NCBI GenBank assembly: GCA_036262215.1
Contig: DATAJH010000106.1
Span: 3,207 to 67,206 of the forward strand
Direction of reading: 5' to 3'
Source: Steroidobacteraceae bacterium
Lineage (GTDB): Bacteria; Pseudomonadota; Gammaproteobacteria; Steroidobacterales; Steroidobacteraceae
DNA length: 64,000 nt
Shown here: piece by piece, positions 19,911 to 28,461 of the stretch
Layout: each line of letters opens with the position of its first letter
Numbering within the stretch: position 1 is the first letter of the stretch
The notes under the pieces: generated by a model
Told to the model about the DNA's origin: nothing
Databases searched by the model: none
What the model saw: the letters and a program-made list of their open reading frames with translations, nothing else
Position numbers and translations under genes: made by a program

Positions 19911-20071
19911 TGCCACTGGCAGTGTCAGTTGCGGACCCCGAGCAGATTCGGCAACTCCGCTTGCGTGGCACGTGGTGTGCTCATTACCGTACAAGGGCCC
20001 GCAGCGGGTAGGTGCAATTCGACGGTTATCCCTCCCTGTCGAGCCGTCAAACTACTTGTTCTGCGTTATTG

Positions 20072-20112
20072 GGCGCACCGTGGCCACTCCCAGACGGTGC
20101 GCCTATTTTTAT
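20072..20112 (+). terminator. rho-independent terminator-like hairpin with no intact upstream gene
   Basis: GGCGCACCG (20072-20080) pairs perfectly with CGGTGCGCC (20095-20103), with a 14-nt loop, followed by TATTTTTATT. Confidence 0.45.
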
Positions 20113-20165
20113 TGCGCAAGCCCGCTCGTGGCAATGTGGCGCCGCCATAGGCCACGCGGCCTGGC

Positions 20166-20627
20166 ATGTGCGCCGCAGGGCCGGAACTTCAGACTGCCCG
20201 ATTGACCCTGCGCCCGCTGCGCGTGGAGGACTTCGAGCCGTCGGCGGCCATCATGGCGGACACGGAGGCGGCGCGCTTCATTGCCGGTCCGCAGGTGCGC
20301 ACCGGCGCCTGGCATCTGCAGGGCTTCTCAATATTTTCCGTCATCGAGCGAGCCACCGGCCGCTGAGTCGGCAGACTGGGCCCGTGGCACCCGGAGCGCT
20401 GGCCAGCTCCGGAGATCGGCTGGGCCATCATCCGTCCGTGCTGGGGCCGCGGTTACGCCACCGAAGGGGCTGTCGGCGCGATGGACTGGGCGGTCGAGGC
20501 GCGGGGCTGGACCGGGCCGGGGCAGCTGCCGGCGCCGTTCCAATCCACGCGCGTCAACTTCTGGGCACAGACGCAAGCCCAGTGGAGCGCACACCGGGCG
20601 CAATGGCAACTACGCGTGCACCCCTAA
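20166..20627 (+). pseudogene. GNAT (RimJ/RimL-like) N-acetyltransferase interrupted by an in-frame TGA
   Basis: One 154-codon frame reads ...LQTARLTLRPLRVEDFEPSAAIMADTEAARFIAG...FSVIERATGR*VGRLGPWHPERWPAPEIGWAIIRPCWGRGYATEGAVGAMDWAVEARGW.... The TGA at 20364-20366 sits mid-domain. The protein is also shorter than typical family members, suggesting internal deletions. Confidence 0.7.
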
Positions 20628-20635
20628 GCACATTG

Positions 20636-21481
20636 TCATTCCGGCGCCGTTGGCTGATCGGCCGCAAACGGTGGTGTCGCACCGTACTGGCGATACATCG
20701 GGGCAAAGTCGGTGTTGTAGCAGGCCGCGAATAACTGCTCGAAACTATCGAGTACAAAATAGGTGCGCTGAAAATCATCAATGCGATAGTCGGTGCGCAT
20801 GACGCGCACCAGGTCGAAGTCCAGGCGCTGCGGCTCCGGACTCTCCACGCTGTAGACCGTCTCGCCTTTGGACGAGAGGATGCCGGCGCCGTAGACGCGC
20901 AGCCCGGAGCCGGTGCGAATCAGGCCAAATTCGACCATGTACCAGTACAGCCGCGCGAGCATGCGCAGGCCGCCCGGCGTGGCCATCGCCTTGGGTCCAG
21001 CCTCACCGTAGGCCTGCATGAAGCGCGCGAAGATCGGGTTGGTCAGCAGCGGCACGTGGCCGAAGAAATCGTGAAACACATCCGGTTCCACCAGATAGTC
21101 GAGTTCCTCGCGACTGCGGATCCAGACCGTGACGGGAAATCTCAGGTGCGCCAGATGATCGAAGAACGTGTGTTCAGGTATCAGTCCCGGCACTGCCACG
21201 ATGCGCCAGCCGGTGGTGGTCTGCAGCACTAGATTGGCGTCCTCGAAACGCGGAATCTGCGACGCCGAGGCGCCCAGCGCGCGCACCCCGGCCATAACCT
21301 CGGGTGCCGCATAGCGTTCAATCAGGTCGATCTGACGGCGATAGAGCGTCGCCCAGATGGCGTGCTCATGCTGCGAGTAGCGCTCCCAATCCTGAGCCAC
21401 GGTGTAATCCTCGGCCGCGCATGAATAATCGCCGCGCAAACCCCGAGGCTGATTTACCGGCGCCGACGGCGGCTGGACCAT
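20636..21481 (-). CDS. phhA: phenylalanine 4-hydroxylase
   Basis: ...HEHAIWATLYRRQ...VEPDVFHDFFGHVPLLTNPIFARFMQAYG...LARLYWYMVEFGL...YGAGILSS.... The iron-binding HxxxxH and downstream motifs are typical of bacterial PhhA. ATG at 21481 has AGGAG 5 nt upstream. The track start at 21589 would overlap mtnA. Confidence 0.9.
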   Translation of the reverse strand: MVQPPSAPVNQPRGLRGDYSCAAEDYTVAQDWERYSQHEHAIWATLYRRQIDLIERYAAPEVMAGVRALGASASQIPRFEDANLVLQTTTGWRIVAVPGLIPEHTFFDHLAHLRFPVTVWIRSREELDYLVEPDVFHDFFGHVPLLTNPIFARFMQAYGEAGPKAMATPGGLRMLARLYWYMVEFGLIRTGSGLRVYGAGILSSKGETVYSVESPEPQRLDFDLVRVMRTDYRIDDFQRTYFVLDSFEQLFAACYNTDFAPMYRQYGATPPFAADQPTAPE

Positions 21482-21560
21482 GCGCACTCCTGAGGAATCG
21501 ATGGGGCATTTTAACCCCGGCGGCATCGGTCGAGCGAAAAGCGGCTCAACTGCGCCGGCG

Positions 21561-22625
21561 CTATTCAAACAGCGCCGCAATGCCGGCAACGGTGGGTGAC
21601 CTGACCACCCCTTTTTCGGTGATCAGCGCAGTAACCAGCTCAGCCGGTGTCACGTCGAAGGCCGGATTGCGCACCGCGACATCGGCCGGAGCCCAGCGCT
21701 GATCAGCGAAGCCGCGCACCTCAGCGGCATTGCGTTCTTCGATCGGGATGTCCCTGCCGCTCGCCACCTGACGATCTATGGTCGATAGCGGCGCGGCAAC
21801 GTAGAACGGAATGCCGTGCCGCTGCGCCAGCACCGCGACCATATAGGTCCCGATCTTGTTGGCGAAGTCGCCGTTGGCGGCGATCCGGTCGGCTCCGACG
21901 ATGACCGCATCCACCGCACCCTGCTGCATCATATGCCCGGCCATATTGTCGGTGATCAAAGTCACCGGAATCTTCTCCTGTTGCAGCTCCCATACGGTCA
22001 GGCGTGCACCCTGGAGGAAGGGTCGTGTCTCGTCGACGATCACCGAAATGCTCTTCCCCGCGGCCACCGCCGAGCGGATCACCCCGAGCGCGGTGCCATG
22101 TCCCGCAGTAGCCAGCGCGCCGGCATTGCAATGTGTCAGTACCTGGGCCGTGGGCGGCAGCAGCGCGGCGCCATAAGCACCCATGGCGCGGTTGGCCGAC
22201 ACATCCTCGGCCAGTATGTCATGCGCCTCCTGCAGCAGCCTCGCGGCGATATCCGGCGGCGCCTGCCCCTGCGCGCTCGCCAGCGCAGCCTGCATGCGCT
22301 GCAGGGCCCAGAACAGGTTGACCGCGGTCGGGCGGCTTTGTGCGAGCAGCTCCAATGCCACGCTCATGCCGAGTGCGAAGTCGGTGTTGGACATCTGCCG
22401 CAGGCGCCGCGCTTCGAGCGCGACGCCATAGGCGGCGGCGCAGCCGATGGCGGGCGCGCCACGCACTACCATGTTGCGGATGGCAGCGGCCACCCCCGCC
22501 GCCGAATCGTAGGCCAGCATATCGAAACGTGCCGGCAGCACGCGTTGATCAATCATCTCGATCCGGCCGCTGGTGTCGTCCCAGCGCAGCGTCCGCACGG
22601 CCAGCGTGGCGCCGAGGTCGGTCAT
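21561..22625 (-). CDS. mtnA: S-methyl-5-thioribose-1-phosphate isomerase
   Basis: 354 aa. ...LRWDDTSGRIEMIDQRVLPARFDMLAYDSAAGVAAAIRNMVVRGAPAIGCAAAYG... (eIF-2B/MtnA family). The ATG abuts the mtnP stop (TGAATG). Confidence 0.93.
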   Translation of the reverse strand: MTDLGATLAVRTLRWDDTSGRIEMIDQRVLPARFDMLAYDSAAGVAAAIRNMVVRGAPAIGCAAAYGVALEARRLRQMSNTDFALGMSVALELLAQSRPTAVNLFWALQRMQAALASAQGQAPPDIAARLLQEAHDILAEDVSANRAMGAYGAALLPPTAQVLTHCNAGALATAGHGTALGVIRSAVAAGKSISVIVDETRPFLQGARLTVWELQQEKIPVTLITDNMAGHMMQQGAVDAVIVGADRIAANGDFANKIGTYMVAVLAQRHGIPFYVAAPLSTIDRQVASGRDIPIEERNAAEVRGFADQRWAPADVAVRNPAFDVTPAELVTALITEKGVVRSPTVAGIAALFE

Positions 22626-23513
22626 TCAATCGCTCCCGGATGTCGATCGACGACGCAGCACGCGGCCGGCAACGGCATCGAGAATCTTGACGACGTTGGG
22701 ATCGCGCGCTTCCGGCGCGGTGATCAGAGCGTATTCCAGCGCCCGCTGACACCCATGCGGGCACGCCGATGCCGGTGCCTGTACAACCCTGGGCACTGCG
22801 GATTTCAGCAATGCGCGCGCTTTGCCGGCATTGGCCTGCACCGTTTTGACGATCATATCAACCGTGACCGCATCGTGATCAGGGTGCCAGCAGTCGTAAT
22901 CGGTGACCATGGCGATGGTGGCATAGCACAGCTCCGCTTCGCGCGCGAGTTTGGCCTCCGGCATGTTGGTCATGCCGATGACATCGCAGCGCCAGGCGCG
23001 GTACAGCTCGGATTCGGCAACACTTGAAAATTGCGGCCCTTCCATCACCAGGTAAGTGCCGCCTCGCACATAACTGATCTGCAGGTTTCGGGCGGCGGCT
23101 TCGATGGCGTCACCCAGTCGGGCGCACACCGGATGCGCCATCGATACATGCGCGACCAGCCCGGTGCCAAAGAAGCTCTTGTCGCGCGCGAACGTACGGT
23201 CGATGAACTGATCGACGATGACGAACATGCCGGGCGGCAGCTCCGCCCTGAGCGCACCGACCGCGCTGACCGAAATGATCTGCGTCGCGCCGGCGCGTTT
23301 GAGGGCGTCGATGTTGGCGCGGTAATTGATCGCCGAGGGCGGTATCCGGTGACCGCGGCCGTGGCGCGGCAGAAACGCCAGCGCCTGGCCATCGAGTTCA
23401 CCCAGCAGCAGTTCATCCGATGGCGCACCATAGGGCGAATCGACCTTCACCCAACGGGTGTTGGTCAGTCCGTCGATGTTGTAGACGCCGCTGCCCCCGA
23501 TCATCGCCAGCAT
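22626..23513 (-). CDS. mtnP: S-methyl-5'-thioadenosine phosphorylase
   Basis: 295 aa. MLAMIGGSGVYNIDGL...FLPRHGRGHRIPPSAINYRANIDALKRAGATQIISVSAVGAL... (PNP/MTAP family). Confidence 0.93.
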   Translation of the reverse strand: MLAMIGGSGVYNIDGLTNTRWVKVDSPYGAPSDELLLGELDGQALAFLPRHGRGHRIPPSAINYRANIDALKRAGATQIISVSAVGALRAELPPGMFVIVDQFIDRTFARDKSFFGTGLVAHVSMAHPVCARLGDAIEAAARNLQISYVRGGTYLVMEGPQFSSVAESELYRAWRCDVIGMTNMPEAKLAREAELCYATIAMVTDYDCWHPDHDAVTVDMIVKTVQANAGKARALLKSAVPRVVQAPASACPHGCQRALEYALITAPEARDPNVVKILDAVAGRVLRRRSTSGSD

Positions 23514-23529
23514 GTTCGTTCCCCAGCGG

Positions 23530-25503
23530 TTAAATCACGCGCTCGTTGCCGCCGTCGACCGGCAGTTGCGCGCCCGTGGTCTTGTCGAACAGCGAGCCGC
23601 ACATCTCCGCCGCCAGTTCGGCTACGTCACGGCTGCAGATTTCGACTTTCAGCACATTGTTGGTCTTGTACCCGGCGATCGACAGACCGTAATGCCGGGC
23701 ACGTTCCGCCAGCACTTCATCCGACCAGATGCCGGTGTCGAATACCGCATTGGGATGCAACGTGTTGACGCGGATGCCGTCGGCACCCCATTCCAGTGCC
23801 ACCACGCGCGCCAGCTGCGTCAATGCCGCCTTGGACGCGGAATAGGCCGCCGCACCGGGTCCTGGCGCCGGCACGTTCTTCGAGCCGATGACTACCACGC
23901 GGCCGCCGCGCAGTGCGAGCCTGAGCAGCGGGTAAGTCTCGCGCAGCAGCGCCAGATTGGCGTCAAGATTGACCCGCATCACTCGCCGCCAGTCCTCATC
24001 CGCCAGCGCCGCGACGTGCTTGCCGCCGGGAAAGATGCCGGCGTTGAGCACCAGCAGGTCCAGCCCGCCGAATGCGCGCACGCCGCGATCCAGCGCCCGC
24101 GATATGTCATCGGCGGCGGTGACATCGCAGATCTGTCCGAGCACGTCCGGCCGCTGAAACACGGCGGCGACCTCGGGGTTGATATCGAGCGCGATCACCG
24201 CCGCGCCGCGTGCCAGCAGCGACTCGACACAGGCCTTGCCGATACCCGATGCGGCGCCGGTGACCAGGGCTACCTCGCCGGCGAATGCCGGTGGCGCACC
24301 GGTCTTCTTCAGCTTCGCCTGTTCCAGGTCCCAGTATTCGACGTCGAAGATGTCCTGCTCCGGCAAAGCACGATAGCCGCCGAGCGCGCTCGCCGCCAGA
24401 ATCACATCGATGGTGTGCGAATAGATATCGCGCACGATGTCCGCTTCCCCGACACTGCGACCGACACAGCCCAGCCCGAACCCGCCATCGAGCACCACGC
24501 GCGGCGCCGGATCGAGCATCACCTTGGGTTGTCTGGCGCGCGCGGCCTGTCGTGCGAAATAGTCGCGGTAGGCTTGCGCATAGCTGCCGACATCGCGCTC
24601 CAGCATCGGCACGCGCTTGGTGCGTATCACGTGATCGGGCGTCGCCGGGCCCTGCTGTGAAATCTGTGCGATATCGCCGCGCCGAGCGAAGGCGAGAAAT
24701 TTCGCATCGTCGTGGGTGGCAAAGATCACCGGGAAGCCGGCGCAGGCGGAGATGTCGTGGCGTAACCGCGCGATCTCCTGGCGGCCGGTGGCGGGCGCCG
24801 TTGCTGCCGCTGCTGGGGGCAGATGCCACGCGCGATTTTTTTCCAGATAGGCCTGCGCGCGGCCGACCAGCTCGATCATCCGCTGGTACGATTCCTGCGC
24901 GCTGCTGCCGAAGGAGAAGATGCCGTGATTGAGCAGCACCATGCCCAGCGTGCCCGCATGCGCCTGGCGCGGGAATTCCCGTGCGCACAGGCGGGCCAGG
25001 TCGAAGCCGGGCATCACATACGGAATCAGCACCACGTCGTCGCCGTAGATGTCGCGAATGCGCCGCGCACCGTCGGCGGTATTGGTGAGCGCGAGCAGCG
25101 CATCGGCATGCGTGTGATCGACGTACCGGTACGGCAGGATCGCATGCAGAATGGCCTCGACCGAGGGTGCCGGGGCGCCGGCGCGTACCAGCTGGGTCGC
25201 CAGTTCACTGACCATCTGCGGGTCGGATAAGGACTCGAGCCTCGCCAGTTTGAGCAAATGATCCAATCGTACCGGAGCAAAACCCGGTTCGCGGATGGTG
25301 GCCAGATCCCAGCCGCTGCCCTTGACGTAGAGAATATCCAGCGCTTCGCCCAGCACATTGACTTCGCGCAGCTTGACCGATGTGTTGCCGCCGCCGTGCA
25401 GTACCAGCGACGGATCGCGTCCCAGCAGTTGCGAGCTGTAGACACGCAGCGCCAGCTCACCGGAATAGCGCGCGGCATCGTCGCTGTTCCACAGTCCCAT
25501 CAC
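23530..25503 (-). CDS. bifunctional class II aldolase/adducin-domain + short-chain dehydrogenase/reductase fusion protein
   Basis: 657 aa. The N-terminal half has Zn-ligand motifs VDHTHAD and LLNHGIFSFG. The C-terminal half has SDR motifs VTGAASGIGKA, LNAGI and YSASKAAL. The likely start is ATG at 25500, one codon inside the track GTG. Confidence 0.9.
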   Translation of the reverse strand: MMGLWNSDDAARYSGELALRVYSSQLLGRDPSLVLHGGGNTSVKLREVNVLGEALDILYVKGSGWDLATIREPGFAPVRLDHLLKLARLESLSDPQMVSELATQLVRAGAPAPSVEAILHAILPYRYVDHTHADALLALTNTADGARRIRDIYGDDVVLIPYVMPGFDLARLCAREFPRQAHAGTLGMVLLNHGIFSFGSSAQESYQRMIELVGRAQAYLEKNRAWHLPPAAAATAPATGRQEIARLRHDISACAGFPVIFATHDDAKFLAFARRGDIAQISQQGPATPDHVIRTKRVPMLERDVGSYAQAYRDYFARQAARARQPKVMLDPAPRVVLDGGFGLGCVGRSVGEADIVRDIYSHTIDVILAASALGGYRALPEQDIFDVEYWDLEQAKLKKTGAPPAFAGEVALVTGAASGIGKACVESLLARGAAVIALDINPEVAAVFQRPDVLGQICDVTAADDISRALDRGVRAFGGLDLLVLNAGIFPGGKHVAALADEDWRRVMRVNLDANLALLRETYPLLRLALRGGRVVVIGSKNVPAPGPGAAAYSASKAALTQLARVVALEWGADGIRVNTLHPNAVFDTGIWSDEVLAERARHYGLSIAGYKTNNVLKVEICSRDVAELAAEMCGSLFDKTTGAQLPVDGGNERVI

Positions 25504-25537
25504 GTGTCACAATACCTTGTTTTCTCGATGAATTATG

Positions 25538-25610
25538 TGGGTCGGGTGGGGCTCGAACCCACGACCAACGCCTTAAAAGGGCGCTGCTCTACCGACTGAG
25601 CTACCGACCC
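25538..25610 (-). tRNA. tRNA-Lys (anticodon UUU)
   Basis: Hand-folded: acceptor GGGTCGG/CCGACCC, D-arm GCTC-AGTCGGTA-GAGC, anticodon arm GCGCC-CTTTTAA-GGCGT, T-arm GTGGG-TTCGAGC-CCCAC, discriminator A. CCA is not encoded. Confidence 0.9.
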
Positions 25611-25689
25611 GCTGGGCGCCGCGCAAACGGCCGCGCATAATATGCGAAAAGCCCCTATGCGGGCACGCTTGGGCCTACCTGGGCCGGCC

Positions 25690-26379
25690 TCACCGATACC
25701 CGGTCGGATCGGCGATGCCCGCCGCCTCGAAGCCTTGGCGCCGCAGCCGGCAGGAATCACAGCGGCCGCAGGCCCGACCCGCGGCATCTGCCTGGTAGCA
25801 CGATACGGTCATGGCGTAATCAACTCCGAGCCTGACACCGCTTTGGATGATCTGCGCCTTGCTCATCGATATCAGCGGCGCATGTACCTTGAACTGCGTG
25901 CCTTCAACACCAGCCTTGGTGGCGAGCGAGGCCAGCGCCTCAAAGCCGCGGATGAACTCGGGGCGGCAGTCCGGGTAGCCGCAATAGTCGACAGCATTGA
26001 CGCCGACCACCAGATCGCGCGCCTCGAGCACTTCGGCCCAGGCCAGCGCCAACGCCAGCAACATGGTATTTCTCGCCGGCACGTAGCTGACCGGGATGCC
26101 GCTGCCCGGCTGATCGGGCAGCGCAATGCTCCAGTCGGTCAATGCCGAGCCACCGATACCGGCCAGATCCACCTGCATCACGCGATGCTCGCACGCCGAT
26201 AGTGCGCGTGCGACGCGCGCCGCCGCCGCGAGCTCGGACTGGTGGCGCTGACCGTAGGCGACCGTCAGAGCGTAGCAATCGAAGCCCTGCGCCCGCGCCC
26301 AGGCCAGCGCGGTACTCGAATCGAGGCCGCCGGAGAGCAGCACCACGGCGCGTGCGCCCGTGTCAGCGGCCCGGCTCAT
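25690..26379 (-). CDS. queC: 7-cyano-7-deazaguanine synthase
   Basis: ...[19 protein letters not shown] (PP-loop SGGxDS) ... and C-terminal Zn cluster [13 protein letters not shown] at 26379. The track ORF is over-extended to 26688. Confidence 0.93.
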   Translation of the reverse strand: MSRAADTGARAVVLLSGGLDSSTALAWARAQGFDCYALTVAYGQRHQSELAAAARVARALSACEHRVMQVDLAGIGGSALTDWSIALPDQPGSGIPVSYVPARNTMLLALALAWAEVLEARDLVVGVNAVDYCGYPDCRPEFIRGFEALASLATKAGVEGTQFKVHAPLISMSKAQIIQSGVRLGVDYAMTVSCYQADAAGRACGRCDSCRLRRQGFEAAGIADPTGYR

Positions 26380-27016
26380 CGCCCCACAGGTGCTTGTGCA
26401 GCTGGATCTGGAAACGCACCGGCAGCCGGTCCGCCAGAATCCAGTCGGCGAGTTGCCGCGCCGGCAGCTGCTCGTGACTCGCGGAGAACAGCACCTGACA
26501 GCGCTGCGCCAGCTGCAGCGATGCCAGCTTGCTGCGGCTCCAGTCGTAGTCGGCGCGGTCGCACACCACGAACTTGATCTGCTCTTCAGGCCGCAGCAGC
26601 GCCAGTTGATCGTAGCGGTTGCGGTGCTCCTCGTGCGACCCCGGCGTCTTGACGTCCACCACGCGGATGACACGCGGGTCAACCGCATCGATCGCCATCG
26701 CGCCGCTGGTCTCGAGCGACACCCGGTAACCGGCCTCGGCCAGCGCGCTCAGCAGTGCCAGGCAGTTCGGCTGCGCCAGCGGCTCCCCACCGGTGACGCA
26801 GACGTAGCGCACCTGGAACTCACGCACCCGCTCGAGGATGGCGGCCAGCTGCCACCACTGACCGCCATGAAAGGCATAGGCGGTATCGCAGTACTGGCAG
26901 CGCAGCGGACAGCCGGTCAGGCGTATGAAGACCGTCGGGATTCCGACCGTGTCGGCCTCGCCCTGCAGCGAGTAGAAGATTTCCGTGAGCTTGAGCCGGA
27001 CGCTCAATCCGCTCAC
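26363..27016 (-). CDS. queE: 7-carboxy-7-deazaguanine synthase (radical SAM)
   Basis: ...[42 protein letters not shown]... (CxxxCxxC radical-SAM cluster). Start is GTG at 27016 or TTG at 27007, so uncertain. It overlaps queC by 17 nt. Confidence 0.88.
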   Translation of the reverse strand: MSGLSVRLKLTEIFYSLQGEADTVGIPTVFIRLTGCPLRCQYCDTAYAFHGGQWWQLAAILERVREFQVRYVCVTGGEPLAQPNCLALLSALAEAGYRVSLETSGAMAIDAVDPRVIRVVDVKTPGSHEEHRNRYDQLALLRPEEQIKFVVCDRADYDWSRSKLASLQLAQRCQVLFSASHEQLPARQLADWILADRLPVRFQIQLHKHLWGDEPGR

Positions 27017-27017
27017 C

Positions 27018-27821
27018 CTAATGCTCGTCGGGCGGGATGTTCTGCAGTCTGCTGGCCGCGAGCTTGGCCGCATCGGTGCCTGGGAAGCGCTGTACCACCT
27101 GCTTCAATGTCGCACGGGCATCGACCAGTTTCTTCTGGTCGATCTGCGTCAAACCGAGTTTCACCAACGCGTCGGCCACCTTGGGCGACTGCGGATATTG
27201 CTCGCCGACCGCGCGAAATGCGACGGCAGCATTGTCGTAGTCGTGGGTGACGTAATAGGCTTCGCCCAGCCAGTACTGTGCATTGCCGGCGAGCTGGCTC
27301 TGCGGATAGGCGCGCACGAAATCGCGAAAGCGGGTGATCGCGCCGGCGTAGTCGGTGGACTTCAGGGCATCGAATGCGCGCGCGTACGCGGCCTGATCGC
27401 CACCGCTGTCGGCACCGGTCGCGCCGCCGCCGCCACTGCCATCGCCTGACCCGAGCGCCCCGTTCTTCGCCCCCGCCTGCAGTGCCGACAGCCTGCGATC
27501 CAGGTCGGCATACAGGTCGCGCTGCTGCTTGCGCAGCATGTCATTGCTGTTTTGCAGCTCCTCCTGCTCGCCGCGCATCTGGCGCATCTGGGTTTCGAGC
27601 ACATCGATGCGCTGCGACAGCTGCAGCAGTCCCTGATTGACGTGCTCGATACGTCCGAGTCGCTCATCGACGTCGTTGAGCTTGACCTGCGTGGGATCGG
27701 GCTGCGACGGCGTCGACTCGCAGGCGGCCAGCAGCAGCGTGGCAATCGCCAGCGGCAGCCACCGGGGTGGCAATCGTCGGGGAAGCGACCATCGAGTTGG
27801 CAGCGGTGACATCAGCGGCAT
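27018..27821 (-). CDS. cpoB: Tol-Pal system protein CpoB (YbgF)
   Basis: Signal peptide, coiled-coil (...LETQMRQMRGEQEELQ...), and C-terminal TPR (...AGNAQYWLGEAYYVTHDYDNAAVAFRAVGEQYPQSPKVADALVKLG...). Confidence 0.9.
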   Translation of the reverse strand: MPLMSPLPTRWSLPRRLPPRWLPLAIATLLLAACESTPSQPDPTQVKLNDVDERLGRIEHVNQGLLQLSQRIDVLETQMRQMRGEQEELQNSNDMLRKQQRDLYADLDRRLSALQAGAKNGALGSGDGSGGGGATGADSGGDQAAYARAFDALKSTDYAGAITRFRDFVRAYPQSQLAGNAQYWLGEAYYVTHDYDNAAVAFRAVGEQYPQSPKVADALVKLGLTQIDQKKLVDARATLKQVVQRFPGTDAAKLAASRLQNIPPDEH

Positions 27822-27823
27822 GG

Positions 27824-28366
27824 TTAATTCAGATAGACGATGTCTACCCGTCGATTGCGCGCCCAGGCCTCTTCCGTGTGGCCGGTGACCGCCGGCCGCT
27901 CCTCGCCGTAGCTCACGGTCGTGATCTGCACTTCCGCTACCCCCTGCAGCGTCAGCGCCCGACGCACCGACTGCGCACGGCGCTCGCCGAGGCCGATGTT
28001 GTATTCGCGCGAGCCGCGCTCGTCGGTATTGCCTTCCAGCCGCACCCGGACCGACGGGTTCGAGGCCAGGTAGCGCGCATGGGCCGTGATCAGGCTGTTG
28101 TAATCCGACTTGACCTCGCTGCTGTCGAAGTCGAAATAAATGGTCCGATTCTGCAGCTGTGCTCCCGATGGGCCTGCCACGCCGGCCCCGGAGGCATCCC
28201 CGGCCGCGCCGAAGGCCTTGGAAGCGTCGGCTCCCGAAGTCTGCGACTGATCGGTGGGCACCGCGGCGTTGCTGCTGGTTGGCGTCGGGCGCGGCTTTTT
28301 GCTGCTGCAGCCGGCGACCAGCGAGACGCTGAGCACAGCGATCAGGATGAGAACGGTCTTGTTCAT
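27824..28366 (-). CDS. pal: peptidoglycan-associated lipoprotein Pal
   Basis: MNKTVLILIAVLSVSLVAGC lipobox. OmpA-like C-terminal domain (...IYFDFDSSEVK...LEGNTDERGSREYNIGLGERRAQSV...). ATG at 28366. Confidence 0.93.
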   Translation of the reverse strand: MNKTVLILIAVLSVSLVAGCSSKKPRPTPTSSNAAVPTDQSQTSGADASKAFGAAGDASGAGVAGPSGAQLQNRTIYFDFDSSEVKSDYNSLITAHARYLASNPSVRVRLEGNTDERGSREYNIGLGERRAQSVRRALTLQGVAEVQITTVSYGEERPAVTGHTEEAWARNRRVDIVYLN

Positions 28367-28461
28367 GTTGCTACTCCAATTGTCGCTGCCGGGTCGCGGC
28401 AGCCGCCTTATTACCATACTGCGCCGCAAGCTAACACCTGCGGCAGGCCCGCAAGGCGCCG

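Noticed and set aside
20364-20366. Selenocysteine or programmed read-through at the GNAT in-frame TGA
   Set aside because: The position normally holds a hydrophobic residue, not a catalytic Cys. No convincing SECIS-like hairpin follows immediately, and the gene shows other signs of decay.
21482-21589. N-terminal extension of phhA overlapping the 3' end of mtnA
   Set aside because: The internal ATG at 21481 has an AGGAG 5 nt upstream and gives a normal-length PhhA. The extension has no homology-like content.
25538-25610. tRNA-Lys as a possible genomic-island integration site
   Set aside because: No integrase, direct repeat of the tRNA 3' end, or compositional break was seen on either side. 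cpoB-queE-queC-tRNA-Lys is conserved-looking core synteny, and E. coli also has Lys tRNAs downstream of cpoB.
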